From Camelus ferus (lineage: Eukaryota), in assembly GCF_009834535.1 (NCBI RefSeq), contig NC_045721.1, positions 23,622,001 to 23,686,000 on the forward strand: a stretch of DNA of 64,000 nt, read 5' to 3'. The notes under the pieces are model-generated. The model had not been told where the DNA came from. It ran no database searches and saw only the letters and a list, made by a program, of their open reading frames with translations. Numbering within the stretch: the stretch's first letter is position 1; each line of letters begins with the position of its first letter. Positions 50,651 to 63,330 of this stretch are shown one piece after another. The translations under genes were made by a program, and so were the position numbers.

Positions 50651-53017
50651 TCACCCCATCCTCCGCCGGCAACACACAAAGTTCAGCTTGCAGCTTCCAA
50701 CGACCTTCTCCTCCTCAGTGCACATCTTCCTGCATTTGCCCCGCCCGAGCCTGCACGGCTCGCAAACAGCGAACTCACCTATGGCAGGAAAGAGCTGCTG
50801 ACCCGCCTTTCCTGGGACTCTCTGGAAAAGGGGGGAGGGCAAAGGCCGCGAAAGAAGCGAGGGTTTGTGATTACGGTTGTAAAGAGCGTTTTCCAAAAGC
50901 AGCCTGGATCTTTCCAGAGAGCTCCACTTTTTCCCACCGGGTACGTATCTTCAAAGGCCGTAGTAGACAGGACACCTGGTCCGACTGCGCGCACTTCTGA
51001 GCCACACAAATTGATAAACGCATGGAGGTCAGGATCGCACTGACCTCTTCTTAAACATGAACTCTCCCCACTCAAAAGCTCAATCTCAAGCTTCTCAACT
51101 CCTTGTTCATGCCCAGTTTCTAGTTTTATTATTTTCTCCTAAATTCCAGTCTCCTTCCTCCCTGAGACCTTCTGCGTTAGCATCCGCCTGGCTTTCCCAG
51201 CTCGCGCAACAAGCGCCACCTCTCTTCACACGGATTTGCTAACAGCTGTGCTCTGCTGCCTCCGCCTGGCCCGTTTCCTGAGCCCTTTGTTACTGAGGCA
51301 GGGGAGCATTTTCAGCCTTAGAATCATATAGGCTATGGAATGTTCTTGTGTTTCTAATCTGACTGACTCTTTGGAATGCGGGGGGTTATCCCTAGGTGAC
51401 CATTTGCTGCAGGAGTGGGGCACGCATTCCCCCACCCATCATCCTCATAACCCTCCCTGGTGATGTTTGTACGCAGGGCTTATATGCCGCTGGACTCCCT
51501 GGCGCTGACCAAGTGGCTGTTTAAGACAACACCTGCTCTTTTCCAGGCAGCGTGTGGCCCGACTGTCCAGTGCTCACGCTGCACAGTGTGTTGAAGGTTT
51601 TGTGCACCGCTTCTGCTTAAGAGCATTGCTGGGCATTGCTACCTGGTTGAGAATCACAGAATTAAAACTTGTGACTCTGGTGTCCTGAGTCGGAAGCCTA
51701 CCTCACCACTTATTCTTCATGTCCCCTGGGCAGAATTATTCGACATCGCATCTTGGCTCTGCCTCGTCTTCTGTAAAGTGGTGGTTATACAGTGCCTTCC
51801 TCAGAGGGACGTTTTGAAGGTTACATGACATAATCCACATGAAGTTGTTAATAGACTGCATGGTACATAGTAAGCACTCAGTGACTTAGGGGCACCTTAT
51901 TCTTTCTCACTCTGAAATTCTGTCTAAACATTAAAAAAAAAATTGTTTACAAGTGCCCAGGAGTATTTATTTCAATTCTGTTTATAATACGCTTTCTTCC
52001 TGTATAGGGTGAGTCCCCCAGAAAAGGTCAGCAGGCTGTTCATTATAACAGCTCCTCTGTCGTGACGGTTTGCTGAACCATGCCGACTCCTTTATTTGTG
52101 GCATACGTGTGGAACACGCTTTACTGGATTTAGGAGCAGAGGCTGGAGAGATGGAGAAGCATGTTCATACAGCAGCGCTACCTGGCTGGTACAAGCCTGG
52201 TCCTGTGACCTTGGTTTAGTTAGTACCATGAGCTAATGACAGTAGCCACCAGGTCCAAATCTCTGTGGCCAAAAGCACAGTCCAGTAGCAAAGAGGTTTC
52301 TCTGTGAAATGGGAAGTCCAAATATGACGTTGGGAACAAAAGGGAGAGAGGAAGGTAGGGTTAGCAGACTGGGGTTTCAGCAGTTCTGTTTTCACTACGG
52401 TCCCCATCGCTCCCTTGTCTCCAGGAACCAGAGCTCCCGGGCAGGGCCAGGGTTCCTAAAGGGGAAATCCTACACAAGGGTTTAACTTACCCGCTGGAAA
52501 TGGCTGGACGTATTCGAGTCCTGCCTGGCACCCTAATTTCAAAACAAAGCACATTTGCGATATTAAAACCAATGCAGGAAACAGCACTATGTAAAACAGT
52601 GTTCTCAACTTCACACACCTGCCGTCAAGGGGCAGCTGGCCACAGAGGGCGCATTGTTATTCTGTGTTTGAAAGCTCGAACTCCTGGTATCCAGTAAGAG
52701 CAAGTTGTTTTAAAAGGAGAGAGAGAAAGAAAAAGAAGAAAGAAAGAAAAGGAAGGAAGGGAGGGAGGGAGGGAGGGAGGGAGAGTAGCTTGCTCTTAGA
52801 AAATGCTACTGCAGGTTTAAGAATTCCCGTGAAACGCGCAGTGAGGCGCTGCCTGTTGCCCTCAGTTCTGGAGTTACCCTCAGGTACGTAGAAGAATCGT
52901 CAAGCTTTATGATCGGCCCCATCAAAATCCCATCAGTTCACATTTACCTGGTGGAAACTGAGCCAGAATGAGGAAAAAGGCAAAGACAAAATAAAACATC
53001 TTCCTGCTCGGGGCCAT
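50651..53017 (-). CDS. DEFB105: Beta-defensin 105, 3 exons, 79 aa
   Basis: Exons 53017-52948 (MAPSRKMFYFVFAFFLILAQFPP), 52532-52491 (GCQAGLEYVQPFPA), 50778-50651 (GEFAVCEPCRLGRGKCRKMCTEEEKVVGSCKLNFVCCRRRMG*); GT-AG introns, phase 1; the 3-exon layout and extra Cys are DEFB105 hallmarks. Confidence 0.96.
51670..51890 (+). mobile_element. MIR SINE
   Basis: Degenerate MIR core (..tctgcctcgtcttctgtaaagtgg..cttcctcagaggg..ggtacatagtaagcactcag). Confidence 0.55.
52717..52785. repeat. Polypurine (GA/GAAA/GGAA/GGGA) tract in DEFB105 intron 1
   Basis: About 68 nt of uninterrupted purines. Confidence 0.9.
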
Positions 53018-53779
53018 CTCGGAGGGAGGACTCTTCAGAACAGAGGTTTGGGATTCCTTCAAGAGGACAGCCGCTCGCTTATTTACATTTGAAGGTAATG
53101 GGAAATGCTCGTGGTCAGTGAAGTGAACCAATAAAGAAAGCACCTCTATGCTCAGTTTCCCAAGATCAAGGACTGGTGTGACGCGTAATAACCCTTGGCC
53201 TCCAAAGAGCCTTGGATTTGGGCGGTTCCGACGGGGAAAGAGGAGGAGCGGCGGGCCGGGAGGGGGAGCCCGGGGCAGCCGCGCGCCAGTGCGGGGGGAG
53301 GCGCAGGCCCGTCCTGCCGGCCCCCAGGCAGGCCGGCTCGCTGTGACGGTGACGGTGACGCGGAGGTGTTTTGAACGTGAGGCATGCTCAGAAGGAGGTC
53401 GTGCCCCGTAAGAGCCCAGTCACTGTGGACTGCCGCTTTCCTGGCTTCCATACGTACTGTCCCCAAGTGTCCCAAGGAGAAAGGGAGGGTAGCAGTCACT
53501 TTGCCAAGGTCGCTCTGAATCCCTGAGCCTGTAACAGCGCCACCGAGGAGACCAAAGTCACTACTGCCACATCCTTTTCCTTCACGAAGACCACGGGCAT
53601 TAAAAGCTATAATGCATCACCGCGCCCCCAGAGCAGCCCCGTCCCGTCGCCCGTGGCCGGGCAAGGCTCGGCTCTCCGGTTTTGAAACGGAAGACGGGGC
53701 CGTGGTCGTATGTGGGTAGTACCCTGCGTCGTGAAATGACAGGTGGGATCGTTTTAAAAGGCAGACCCTAAAGTCGGAT

Positions 53780-53950
53780 CGATTTAGCAAGTCTGTGACC
53801 TTGAACAGACGGCTTAATTTTTTGAACCTCAATTTCCTCATCCTTAAAATATGGACGTGATAATGGTACCTACTTCACTGGATATTTGAGATGATGAACT
53901 GAAATCACGTATGTAAAGTGCTTACCAGAGTGTCTGGCTATTGTTACTAG
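53780..53950 (+). mobile_element. MIR SINE
   Basis: tgtgaccttgaacag..cttaattttttgaacctcaatttcctcatccttaaaatatggac..ataatggtacctacttca..gtaaagtgctt. Confidence 0.75.
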
Positions 53951-54168
53951 TACTAATTAATGTGTCTCTCTATCCAGATTTTCTGTAAACTCTTTTTCAA
54001 GTCCACTAATTCATAATGACCTTTCCTGGCCTATAAAACACAGCAGTGCTTTTATTTGTATGTTTACACACACTTAAGCTTCAGGAACACAAACTAATGT
54101 GCATGTGTTGGGGATACAGAGCTGAACCTAAGGCCTTTCAGCTTCGAGACATCTCTAATAACCGTAGC

Positions 54169-54961
54169 CAGGCCGGCTTTGTGGGCACATGACCAGGGCA
54201 GTCACACAGCCCTTCCTGTCACCTTGGGGTTTAAAGGACTGTAGTCAAAGTGCACTGAAATTCTCAGTCATTTTATCTTTGAGTATGTGCTTTGTAAATG
54301 AAGTCTGACCACCCTCGGAGGGTTTCTGGCCCCTGACCCGTGGTCCCTAAGCCCCACCTGACCTCCTCCTTTCTGCTCCCTCCCAGCGACCACCATCCAC
54401 CCTCAGCTTGGACCGGGTGTGGACGTACCCAGAGGTGTTTGGGGTTGACTTCCTGATCCCTGAGCATCTCAGGGCACGATGTCGATCAACCCCTGTGGGG
54501 GCTACTAGTGCTGTGGTGAAGGCGGGCTGCTTGGCAGGAGTGAGCCTCTCCCCTGACCCTCAGTTTAGGACGAACTACACGTACCACAGGCATTGCTGTA
54601 TCTTGGGAGTCGCTCAGTTGCCGTGGTGGAGATGGCAGGCCCGTGGGAAGGAGAGATACCTGGCTTGACCCTCTCTGGGACAAGGCACACCTACCCAGCA
54701 GCGGTTGGCAGGAGGGGGCCACAAGCATACATGGAGAGTGGCAGGGTGGGGAGCCCTGGGCACTCATGAGGGTCTGCAAGTGTCCCTGAGTATCCCTGTG
54801 CCCAAACAGCAAATAAAAAATACTATACTGGAGAACTGGGAGGACAGGAAAAAGGTTCATATTTTGGTGGCTTTAAAGGCATCTTTTTCCTGCTTTTTTG
54901 AACATGGAATCATGCATTTTCATCCTGCACGAGGCCCAGCAAATTTATGTAGCTGGCCCTG
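54169..54961 (+). mobile_element. MER45-type hAT-Tip100 DNA transposon remnant
   Basis: Termini CAGGCCGGCTTT.. and ..AAATTTATGTAGCTGGCCCTG, with subterminal sequences matching recalled MER45; interior poorly recognisable. Confidence 0.65.
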
Positions 54962-55349
54962 ACCTGGAGTGAACTTCCAGTCTCGCAGTCACCTCTAATC
55001 ATAGGGCTTGTCCTCATCACGGGGACCACGGGGTCTCCCTGTTGTACCAACCGAACAGAGATGGTGCCCGGGTACCGTTGCTGCGTTGTCTGCTTCTTCA
55101 GCACAGATTCCCCCTAGCTCCGGGCTCAAATTCTTCCGCATTCAATTGCTTTGAATGCAGCACAAATAAGCTTTTTCTAGCAGTTTGCCTCTTGTTATGG
55201 ACTTGAATCTGTTTAAAGTTGGAAGGGAAAAGAGAACATATATATACTTTAAATCCATCATTCCTAACTGGATTATTCATAATATATCGCCAGTGTGCAT
55301 AAAGCTACTAACAAAAATATCACAGGGAGAGGCTAAAGTTAGGTAGGAT

Positions 55350-55930
55350 CGCCCCCAATTGTTTGTTTTTAATACAATTTTTGGTTTGGAATAATTTTAG
55401 ATTCACTGTAAAGTTGCAAAGATACTACAAAGGGTACCCATCTACCCTTCCCCCGGCCCCCCCAGTGCCAGCATCCATGTTAACAGTTACTGATGTTAAT
55501 AACAGGGGTTCACTTGTCAAAACTGAGGAAGAAGCGTTGGTACCCAGCTACTAACTAAACTACAGGATTCAGGTTTGTCTGATGTTTTCTCGTGATTAGA
55601 CCGGGGTTTGGGGTTCGGGGGAAGAGGCACATAGGGTGGAGGGGTGCCTCATCCCGCTCCTCATGTCAGGGGCACGAGGTGCGAACATGACAACCCCTCC
55701 TGGGGTTACGCCCTTGGTGAGGTGCCTGCCAGGCGTCCCCACTCCTAGGTGACCCTTCTTCCTTTCCCACGTTCTGGTCTGTGGGAGCAAATCACTTTCA
55801 TTTAAGCTGAGGCAGCTGAAGCTCTGCCTCCTGCAGGGGGGTGTTGACAAATACCATTTGGAATTCTGCTGCTGAAAATGTCCATTTTCTGGAGTTTATT
55901 TATATATTCAATCATTGATTGATATCAGTA
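55350..55930 (-). mobile_element. Old L1 3'-end fragment
   Basis: ttttggtttggaataattttagattcactgtaaagttgcaaagatactacaaagggtaccc.. pattern of L1MB/L1MC 3' ends. Confidence 0.6.
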
Positions 55931-56341
55931 GGGCATGAGGAGGTAAACTTACCCAGATCTCATATGAAAACCACCTTTTCCATGACGTAGCGAGCATCTG
56001 TTGCTTTTGGGGGGTTATGGTTGTTACGACAAATGCTTCTAAGGTATTGCGACATCAGCAGCAGTCAGAGCAGCAGGGCGATGAGGATGGAAGCTTATCT
56101 CCCTAATCTTACTTTTCCTAAAGAGAGGCATCCGACTCCCTGTCTCACAGGGGGAGGATTAAGGTGGAGAATTCGGGTCTTTCCACCCGCACACCTGTGG
56201 GCCCCGTGAGAGGGCACGGAAGCATCCTCTCCCGACACGCCTCACCGATCAAGACGCTCCTGGGGGGACAAACGCATAAATGTGGGTGTTCGCGGCTCTC
56301 TTCTCGCGGACACTGGGCTGCTCTCTCAGGACCTGCACGTC

Positions 56342-58836
56342 ATGAGGACGTTCCTCGTTCTCTTTGCCGTCTGCCTCTTCCTGGCGCCAGGTAAAATGGG
56401 CACCTCGGCGGGCAAGCTTACTGGAGGTGGAGGCCCGGAGCGCGGGGCTGTCTCAGCGAGCCCCCGGGCGCGGCCAGCTCGGGAGCGCAGTGGTGCCCTC
56501 GGCCCAGCAGCCCTGCAGGGGTACATTTGCTCCAGGAGGTGACTTTCCTCTAATGCCTCTGCTGTAAATCCTGAGCACTGTTCGTTATTATCTAGGATGG
56601 AGTGTCACAGGTTGGGAGAAGTCAGGATATGCCAGGAAAGATGCCTTTTGGTCCCCAGTCTCGTGCTCACTAACAAGAACAAAAATTTGAAACAAAAAAT
56701 TAAAAGCAAGAGTAGCCAGCTGTGGATCTTTTTTAAAAAAAAATAGCTGTGATAGAAATTAAGACAGGTAAGGAAGAGGGACAGAGAAAGGGAGAGATGG
56801 AAGAGAGAAGGAATGGAGCGTGAAGACGCTGGGCACCATGCCAGTCACGGCATGACTTAAAATAGTAAAACTGAAGCTGCCATTCCTTAATCACAGGCTG
56901 CAGAGCTGGGTGCTGAGGCAAAAATATCACATAATGAAACGCATTTAGTTCTCCAATGACAATGCCGTCTTTCCTACCTCTAATTTAGTAATATTCCGAG
57001 CAACTCTTTGGGCTTGGAAGGCCCATTTTACGTGTATTTCACAGCTGCAGAGATTAAACTTCAGCTGAGCTAAGCACTTCTCTGTCAAACAGACAAGCAA
57101 GAGGGAAGCCAGGACTTGAGGCTGACTCTGTCCCTCCACAGTGAGAGGAAATGTCCTTCTCAGATCCGAGCTCCCATCTTTCTCTCCTGCTCCTGAGGAC
57201 CCCCAGTGGCTCCATCTGGACCTTCCCCCAAATTATAGTCTGAGACTAGACTCATCCCAGTTTCCAAATAGCTGAAGAGAGAGCTTTCCAGAACTGACAA
57301 TGAGTCCAGATTTGTGCAAGACTTAATGATCTCCCCAGCGTGATGCTCAGAATTTTCACACCAGCTGTGCATGTCTCTGGTCTGGTTTGCAATAACCCTG
57401 TGTGAGTAGATTATGCACCAAGTATATGGGGGTCCCCCTACAGGGGCCCCTTCCTCCACTGGCTTTGATCAGCACATTGGCAACGGACCAAGGCATCCTC
57501 TTCAGATCCCTCATCCTTGTTATACAGTTAGTTAACACAACACAAGATTATATAGTATAAAGTTATCTAATGTAACTAAATGAAGCTGACCTATCGATGG
57601 GCCGTCTCTGCACACACAGGCACACACAGCTACGTTGTCCTCTAGGTAACAGTGACGGTCGGTGACCGCCCACTGGAAGCCCCGCCGGCTGGGGTGCTCC
57701 TTCTCTTTCTGGGCCATCACTGTGGACTGGACCTAGTACAAGGACTCTCGCCAGAGTGAGGTCCAGTACCTCCAGCCTGAGCTAGCCTTGCTGCATTAGG
57801 AGGGCGGAGAGAACACAGATCCCTGTGGTGGGAGCCATGGCTCGCTGAGCTTTGGAATATTGGGGTATTTAAACTTACAAACCTATATGCTGATGCTAGG
57901 TACGACTTATGCACATGCTGCCACCAGTCCATCTGTTTTTAGCTTTATGTGTATGTGAATCAGGCATCTTCATATGTTGACACTAGTTGCAATTTGTATA
58001 TGTCTGACACTTCCATTGCATACACCTAAATCATGCAGCTCTAAAATGTTGCTTCTGGTACGATGTGCTGTCTGTCTTTAAGTTGAAGCCAGCTACTCAA
58101 GTGACGGTACTAAAGGCAGAACCAGCATTCTATGCAGAAAGACACAGCGATGTCTTGGAGAGCCGCTCCCCAAGTAGTCCCCATTCTGGCTCCTGAAGAC
58201 ATTTGATAGAATCTGGAGGGGAAATCAGAGTGAGCCTTTTAAAGCAATCTCTTAACTCGTGTCCTCCCCAGGAAACTCGTGTGTATTCTTTTTCACTCCA
58301 GTCGTAGGGTGTCACCCCAGTCTCAGGTGTCCCCCTGCAGTCACCAGACAGCACCTGAGAGTGTGTCAGGGAAACCACTGACTCTGGAGGTGTTTATAGG
58401 GACAAGTCGGTAATTATCCCCAAAGAACAATAGCTCCTGTTTCCCAAAGCCCCCACGCAGCCTAAGCCAGAACGCCGGCGGACAGACCTGTCCTTCCCGG
58501 CTTCCGTCCCACATGACAGAAAGGCAGAGCCACCACGCTGAAAGCACTGCCCACTGCCGTCTCGCCTGCTGGCGGGACAAGGCCCTGCGACGGCTCGTAG
58601 AGAAGCCTTCACTGACTAGTGACATGACTGTGCCTGGTAACTGGGACGTATTTGAGAAGAGGATTAATCCAGATGGCTCCTTCCCTTGTGTAGCCAGGAA
58701 TGGATTTTTTGATGAGAGATGCTACAGGCTTAAAGGGAGATGCGTTCGCTCTTGTCAGAAAAATGAAGAACTTGTTGGTCTCTGCCAGAAGTCTCAGCAG
58801 TGCTGTCTGATACTCCAGCCGTGCTGGAAAAGTTAA
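56342..58836 (+). CDS. DEFB106: Beta-defensin 106, 2 exons, 63 aa
   Basis: Exon 1 56342-56390 (MRTFLVLFAVCLFLAP+G, gtaaaa donor); exon 2 58694-58836 (ARNGFFDERCYRLKGRCVRSCQKNEELVGLCQKSQQCCLILQPCWKS*); CATAAAT at 56275-56281; AATAAA at 58914-58919. Confidence 0.96.
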
Positions 58837-59629
58837 GAACTAGAGACCCCAGAGCAACACGGACGACCCAGACCATCTTGTTTTCACTCCAGCCTCCAGT
58901 AAGAAGACACGTCAATAAAATAAATGACTATCTTTTATTCATTTGTCAAGTGCTTCACTTAGAAGGGGAACATGGGTAGCTAACCTTGATGGACCCAGAC
59001 TCCTGGCTTATTTTTCTGAAATTTTTTCATAAAGGAATTGCTCCTAAACCTCCTAGTGTTTTTTTAAAAAACGGGAATAGAAATGATTATAACCAACAAA
59101 CCGCTAGCTTGACTCAGGAAGTCAACCCCAACCAACCTGCTGAGATAGACAGATGATGGACAGAGAAATGAACGTATATCTAGACAGACAGTTACACTGA
59201 TGATGTGTGTTGAGATCATCTATGTGTTAAGGACCACCACGCATCATGCACCTGTCTATATAAATTAATCATCTCATCTCCCGTGCCTTTAATTGGAGAC
59301 AGTTAATTAAATATTTCCAATGAACTTGTCTCCCAGTTGTTAAGTCAAATTTGCTGAAAGCAGAGGGATCATAAATATCTCTGTAATTGCCAGTAGCTCC
59401 AGTGACCAGGATCCTGGTCCCAAATTGACTTTCTACTATTCTCCTGGGAACTGGCTAACTTCCAAATTACCTTCTCGCTCTACGCACTCATGTTACCTAG
59501 TTCAAGTAAGGATTTCCTGTCATGCTCCCTAGGCCTAAGATCCAGCCTTGGTTCCACGCGGGCTCAGAAATCTTGCCTTACCTCCTTTTTAATTGCTCAA
59601 GGTCAATATGCTTAATCCTATCGGAATCA

Positions 59630-62600
59630 GTGAACCTTTTTATGACATTTTTCTGGTTTGAAACAATTGTGGAGTCACATACAATTGTGAAAAATAATAC
59701 CAGGACATCTTCTATACCGTTCACCCAATTTCTCCCAATAGCAACATCTTGTAAAACTGTACTGCAGCGTCACAACTGGGGTACTGACACTGATACAGAA
59801 TTATTCCCATGGCCGTAAAGACCCCCGTGTTGCCCTCCTAGGACACACCCTCCTCCCTCCAGCCTCCACCTCTTCCTTAACTCCTGGTACTACTAAATCA
59901 TTCTCTGTTTTTACAATTTTTGTCCTTTTAGGAAAGTCGTATCAATGGATTCACACAGTATGCAACTTTTGGGGACTGGCTTTCTTGGTTTTTTATTTGT
60001 TTGGGGGAGTAATTAGATTTTTTAACGAGGGACCTGGGGATTGAACCCACAGCCTCATGCATGCTAAGCACGTGCTCTACCACTGGGCTATGCCCCTCCC
60101 TGGGGACTGGCTTTTCGCTCAGCATAATTCCCTAGAGAGTCTTCAGAGCTATTGCATGTGTCAGGAGTCCCCATTTTCATCGCTGAGTCATAGTCCATGG
60201 TATGGGTGCACTGCGGCTGCTTAACTATTCACCCCGCAAAGCACGTCTGAGTGGTTTCCTACTTGGTGCCATTGCAAATAACGCTGTTATACACATTGAT
60301 GTTTATAGGGTTTTGAGCAAACTTAAGTTTTCAATATTCTGAGATAAACTGCTGACTCTTACGGTAGTTGGGAGTGTAGTTTTTATAAGAGAACACTGAA
60401 CTGTCGTCCAGAGTGGCTGCTGTTCTACTGTCCCAGCAGCAATGCAAGAGAGGTCTAGCTTTTCCACATTCTAGCCAGCCTTGGCCAAAAATAGCTGTCC
60501 CCATTTTTTTTATTTCTTCTGTTCTGGTAACTGTGTATTGACAGCTCATTGTGATATTAAGTTGCACTTCTCTGAACATTAATAATATTTAACACCGTTC
60601 CACGTACTTATTTCTCATCTCTGTCTCCCCTTCGGAGAAATATCTGTCATGTAATCATTTTCTAATTGGATCTTTTTGTTTGTTTTTACTGTTAAGTTTC
60701 GAGAGTCCTTGACATACTCTTGGTATTAGTTATCTGTTGCATATATGGTTTTCAGGTTTTTTTCCCAGTTCACAGCTTGTGTTTCCAACCTCGTAATTGC
60801 ACCTTTTCCAGAGCAAATTTGTCAAGTTTCGTGAGGTCTGACATATTTCCTTTTTAGGGATCATGGTTTTTGATCAAGTCTAAGAACGTTTCGTGTTGCC
60901 TGAGATACGGAAGATTTTCTCCTATATTCTTTTCTAAAAGTTTTGTAGTTTCAAATTTACATTTAAATCCATGAACTATTTAGAGTTAATGTCTCTCAAA
61001 GCTGTGCAGTGGTCCAGGGCCTTTCTTCCCCACCCGTGGATGTTCAGTTGCTCTAGCACATTTGTCCAAAAGTCTGTTTTTTCTCCATTAAGTTATTTTT
61101 GCGTCTTTCTCAAACATCAACGTGTAGGATTTTACTCAATTGTTTTGAAAACTTAAATCCATACAAACTCCTGTCCTAAATGTGAGTGGCAGCTTTATTC
61201 CTATCACCCCAAACTGGAAGCAGCCAAGCTATCCACCAACAGATGAGCTGAAAACAAACTGTGGGTCATCCATATAATGAAACACTATTTAGGGATAAAA
61301 AGCAATGAGCCATCAAACCTCAAAAAGACGTGTGTGAATATTCAATGCATATTGCTCCACGAAAGAAGCCAGTCTGAAAAGGTTACAGACTGCATGGCTC
61401 CAACTACATGGCATCCTGGAAAAGGAAGAACTGCGAGGCAGTAAAAAGGTCACGGGTTGCCGGGGTTTCCTGGGGGAAGAACAGGGAGTGGGTTTGGGCA
61501 GTGAAACCATCCTGTATGATACTAGGCCCTTGTTAAAACTCTTAGGACTCTGCAGCACGAAGATTGAACTCGGGTTCACTATGCCAATGAAAAGAAATAA
61601 TTTAGGAGAGTCAGGGCTGCCCCAGGCTGGAATGCAGAGTGTGACAAAACAGTCCAGCTGCATCGTAAATGTATAAAACAGCTTCACTGAAGGCACTGGG
61701 CGGGAGGTGGGGGTGCTGACTAAGTCACTTTGAAAAGCAGTGCCATCTCTAAGTCTGAAGGTGAAACAGCCTGTTCAGAAGCATTGCAGTCCAGTCAATG
61801 GCATCGTTTCTTATGAGATACAAGGTAGAGATTCAGATCCTGCTACACACATACACTGGCACTGAACAGTCGAGCAAATGGATGGGAGATGGTGGGAGCC
61901 TGCTTTCTTACTGCTGGAGTCGGGGTTACAGATAAGCAGGAAGCGTTACCCTTGTGGGGATGGATGAGAACTGGAGACATCAGCGTGAACTCATGTTTCA
62001 CTTGGAGTCGGTACAGATGGTGTCTGTTACAGGTCATTAGACAAACATGCATTTCCTGGCTCTGTCAGCAGGGAGGGCCAGAAGCAATGATGCTCCAGGA
62101 GCTGCGAGCACACCTGGGACCCAGATGCGGCTTCTCCATGTCATTCTCCAGTAAAAGGGGCCGAGGACCCTTGGAGAGATGGCGATTTCTAGGGCTGGAG
62201 CAGGAAACACACATGATAAACTCAGAGCAGCTTGAAATGCCAGCACATAATGGAGTGCTCAAAGCGAAACAGAGAGACGAAAAATGGCAGGAGTGTGCCC
62301 CAGGGACGCAGAAACCAGCTGAAAGGCCTCCCAGTAGCCAACCTGGATCCGTGTGAGTGAAATAAAGAAGTAAATACACAAATAAATAGTGCTGGATTGC
62401 AACCCAGAGTGGAACATGAATGTCCACGACTCCACACTGACGTGAATAAGCAAACACACAGGAGAAGAGACAGCGCCCCTGACTCCAAGTGACTGACGTA
62501 GGCGCTCTGCCCCCAGAGAGGCGGGCATACTTGCCCACTCCTTAAGCGTGGGCTGTGCACGTGGCTTCCTCCCAAAGAGTGCAGGACGTAAAGGGAGGGA

Positions 62601-63330
62601 AAAGAGTGAACTTACAGGGCAGAGGCCTGGCCAGACGACCTCAGCCAGGGCACCGGGGTCGACATCGTCCGTGGTAAGTCATGTCGATAGGACACACCCT
62701 TCACATACGACAAGAGTGGCCTTTACTCTGTGACCTTCCTCCCCAAAACATCTAATCCCACTCCAATCACGAGAAAAATGTCACACAAATCCCAACCGAG
62801 GGACAGTCACACCTGACCAGTACTCCTCAAAACCATCAGATAGGGGATTCATGGAAAAATAAGGCAAGTCTGAGGAGCCATCACAGCCCAGAGGGGCCTG
62901 AGGGGACGTGACGATGAAAGGAAATGTGGTGTCCCAGGCGGATCCTGGGACAGAAAGAGCATATTGGGTGAAAACTAAGGACATTAAGTGAAGGAGGGAC
63001 TTTAATGAGTAACGACGCATCGGTCACTAGCTGTCACGCAGATGCACCATGTGTTACCGTCGGGGCCTGGGCGTGGGGTGTGCGAGAGCCCTCAGTGCTG
63101 TCTTCGCACATTCTCTGATGTCTCTTTTAACATCTCTATCAGGTGATTCTCACATCTCTGTCATTTTGGTGTTGGCATCTATTGGCTGTGTTTTTCCATC
63201 CAGTTTGACATCTCTCTGCCTCTTGGTGGATGAGTTATTTTTAGTCGGAACTTGGATGTTTTGCTTGTGGTGCCATGAGACTCTGGATCTGAGAGGAGCC
63301 TCCTTTCCCACCGGGCAGGCCCTGAAGTCG
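59630..63330. mobile_element. Block of old L1 (L1MB/L1MC-like) fragments
   Basis: - strand L1 3' end/ORF2 ~59630-61130; + strand ORF2 end and long 3'-UTR ~61150-63120; short - piece to ~63330; boundaries approximate. Confidence 0.7.
59984..60100 (-). mobile_element. tRNA-derived SINE (vic-1-like) inserted in L1
   Basis: Perfect 14-bp TSD TGGGGACTGGCTTT at 59970-59983 and 60101-60114. Confidence 0.9.
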
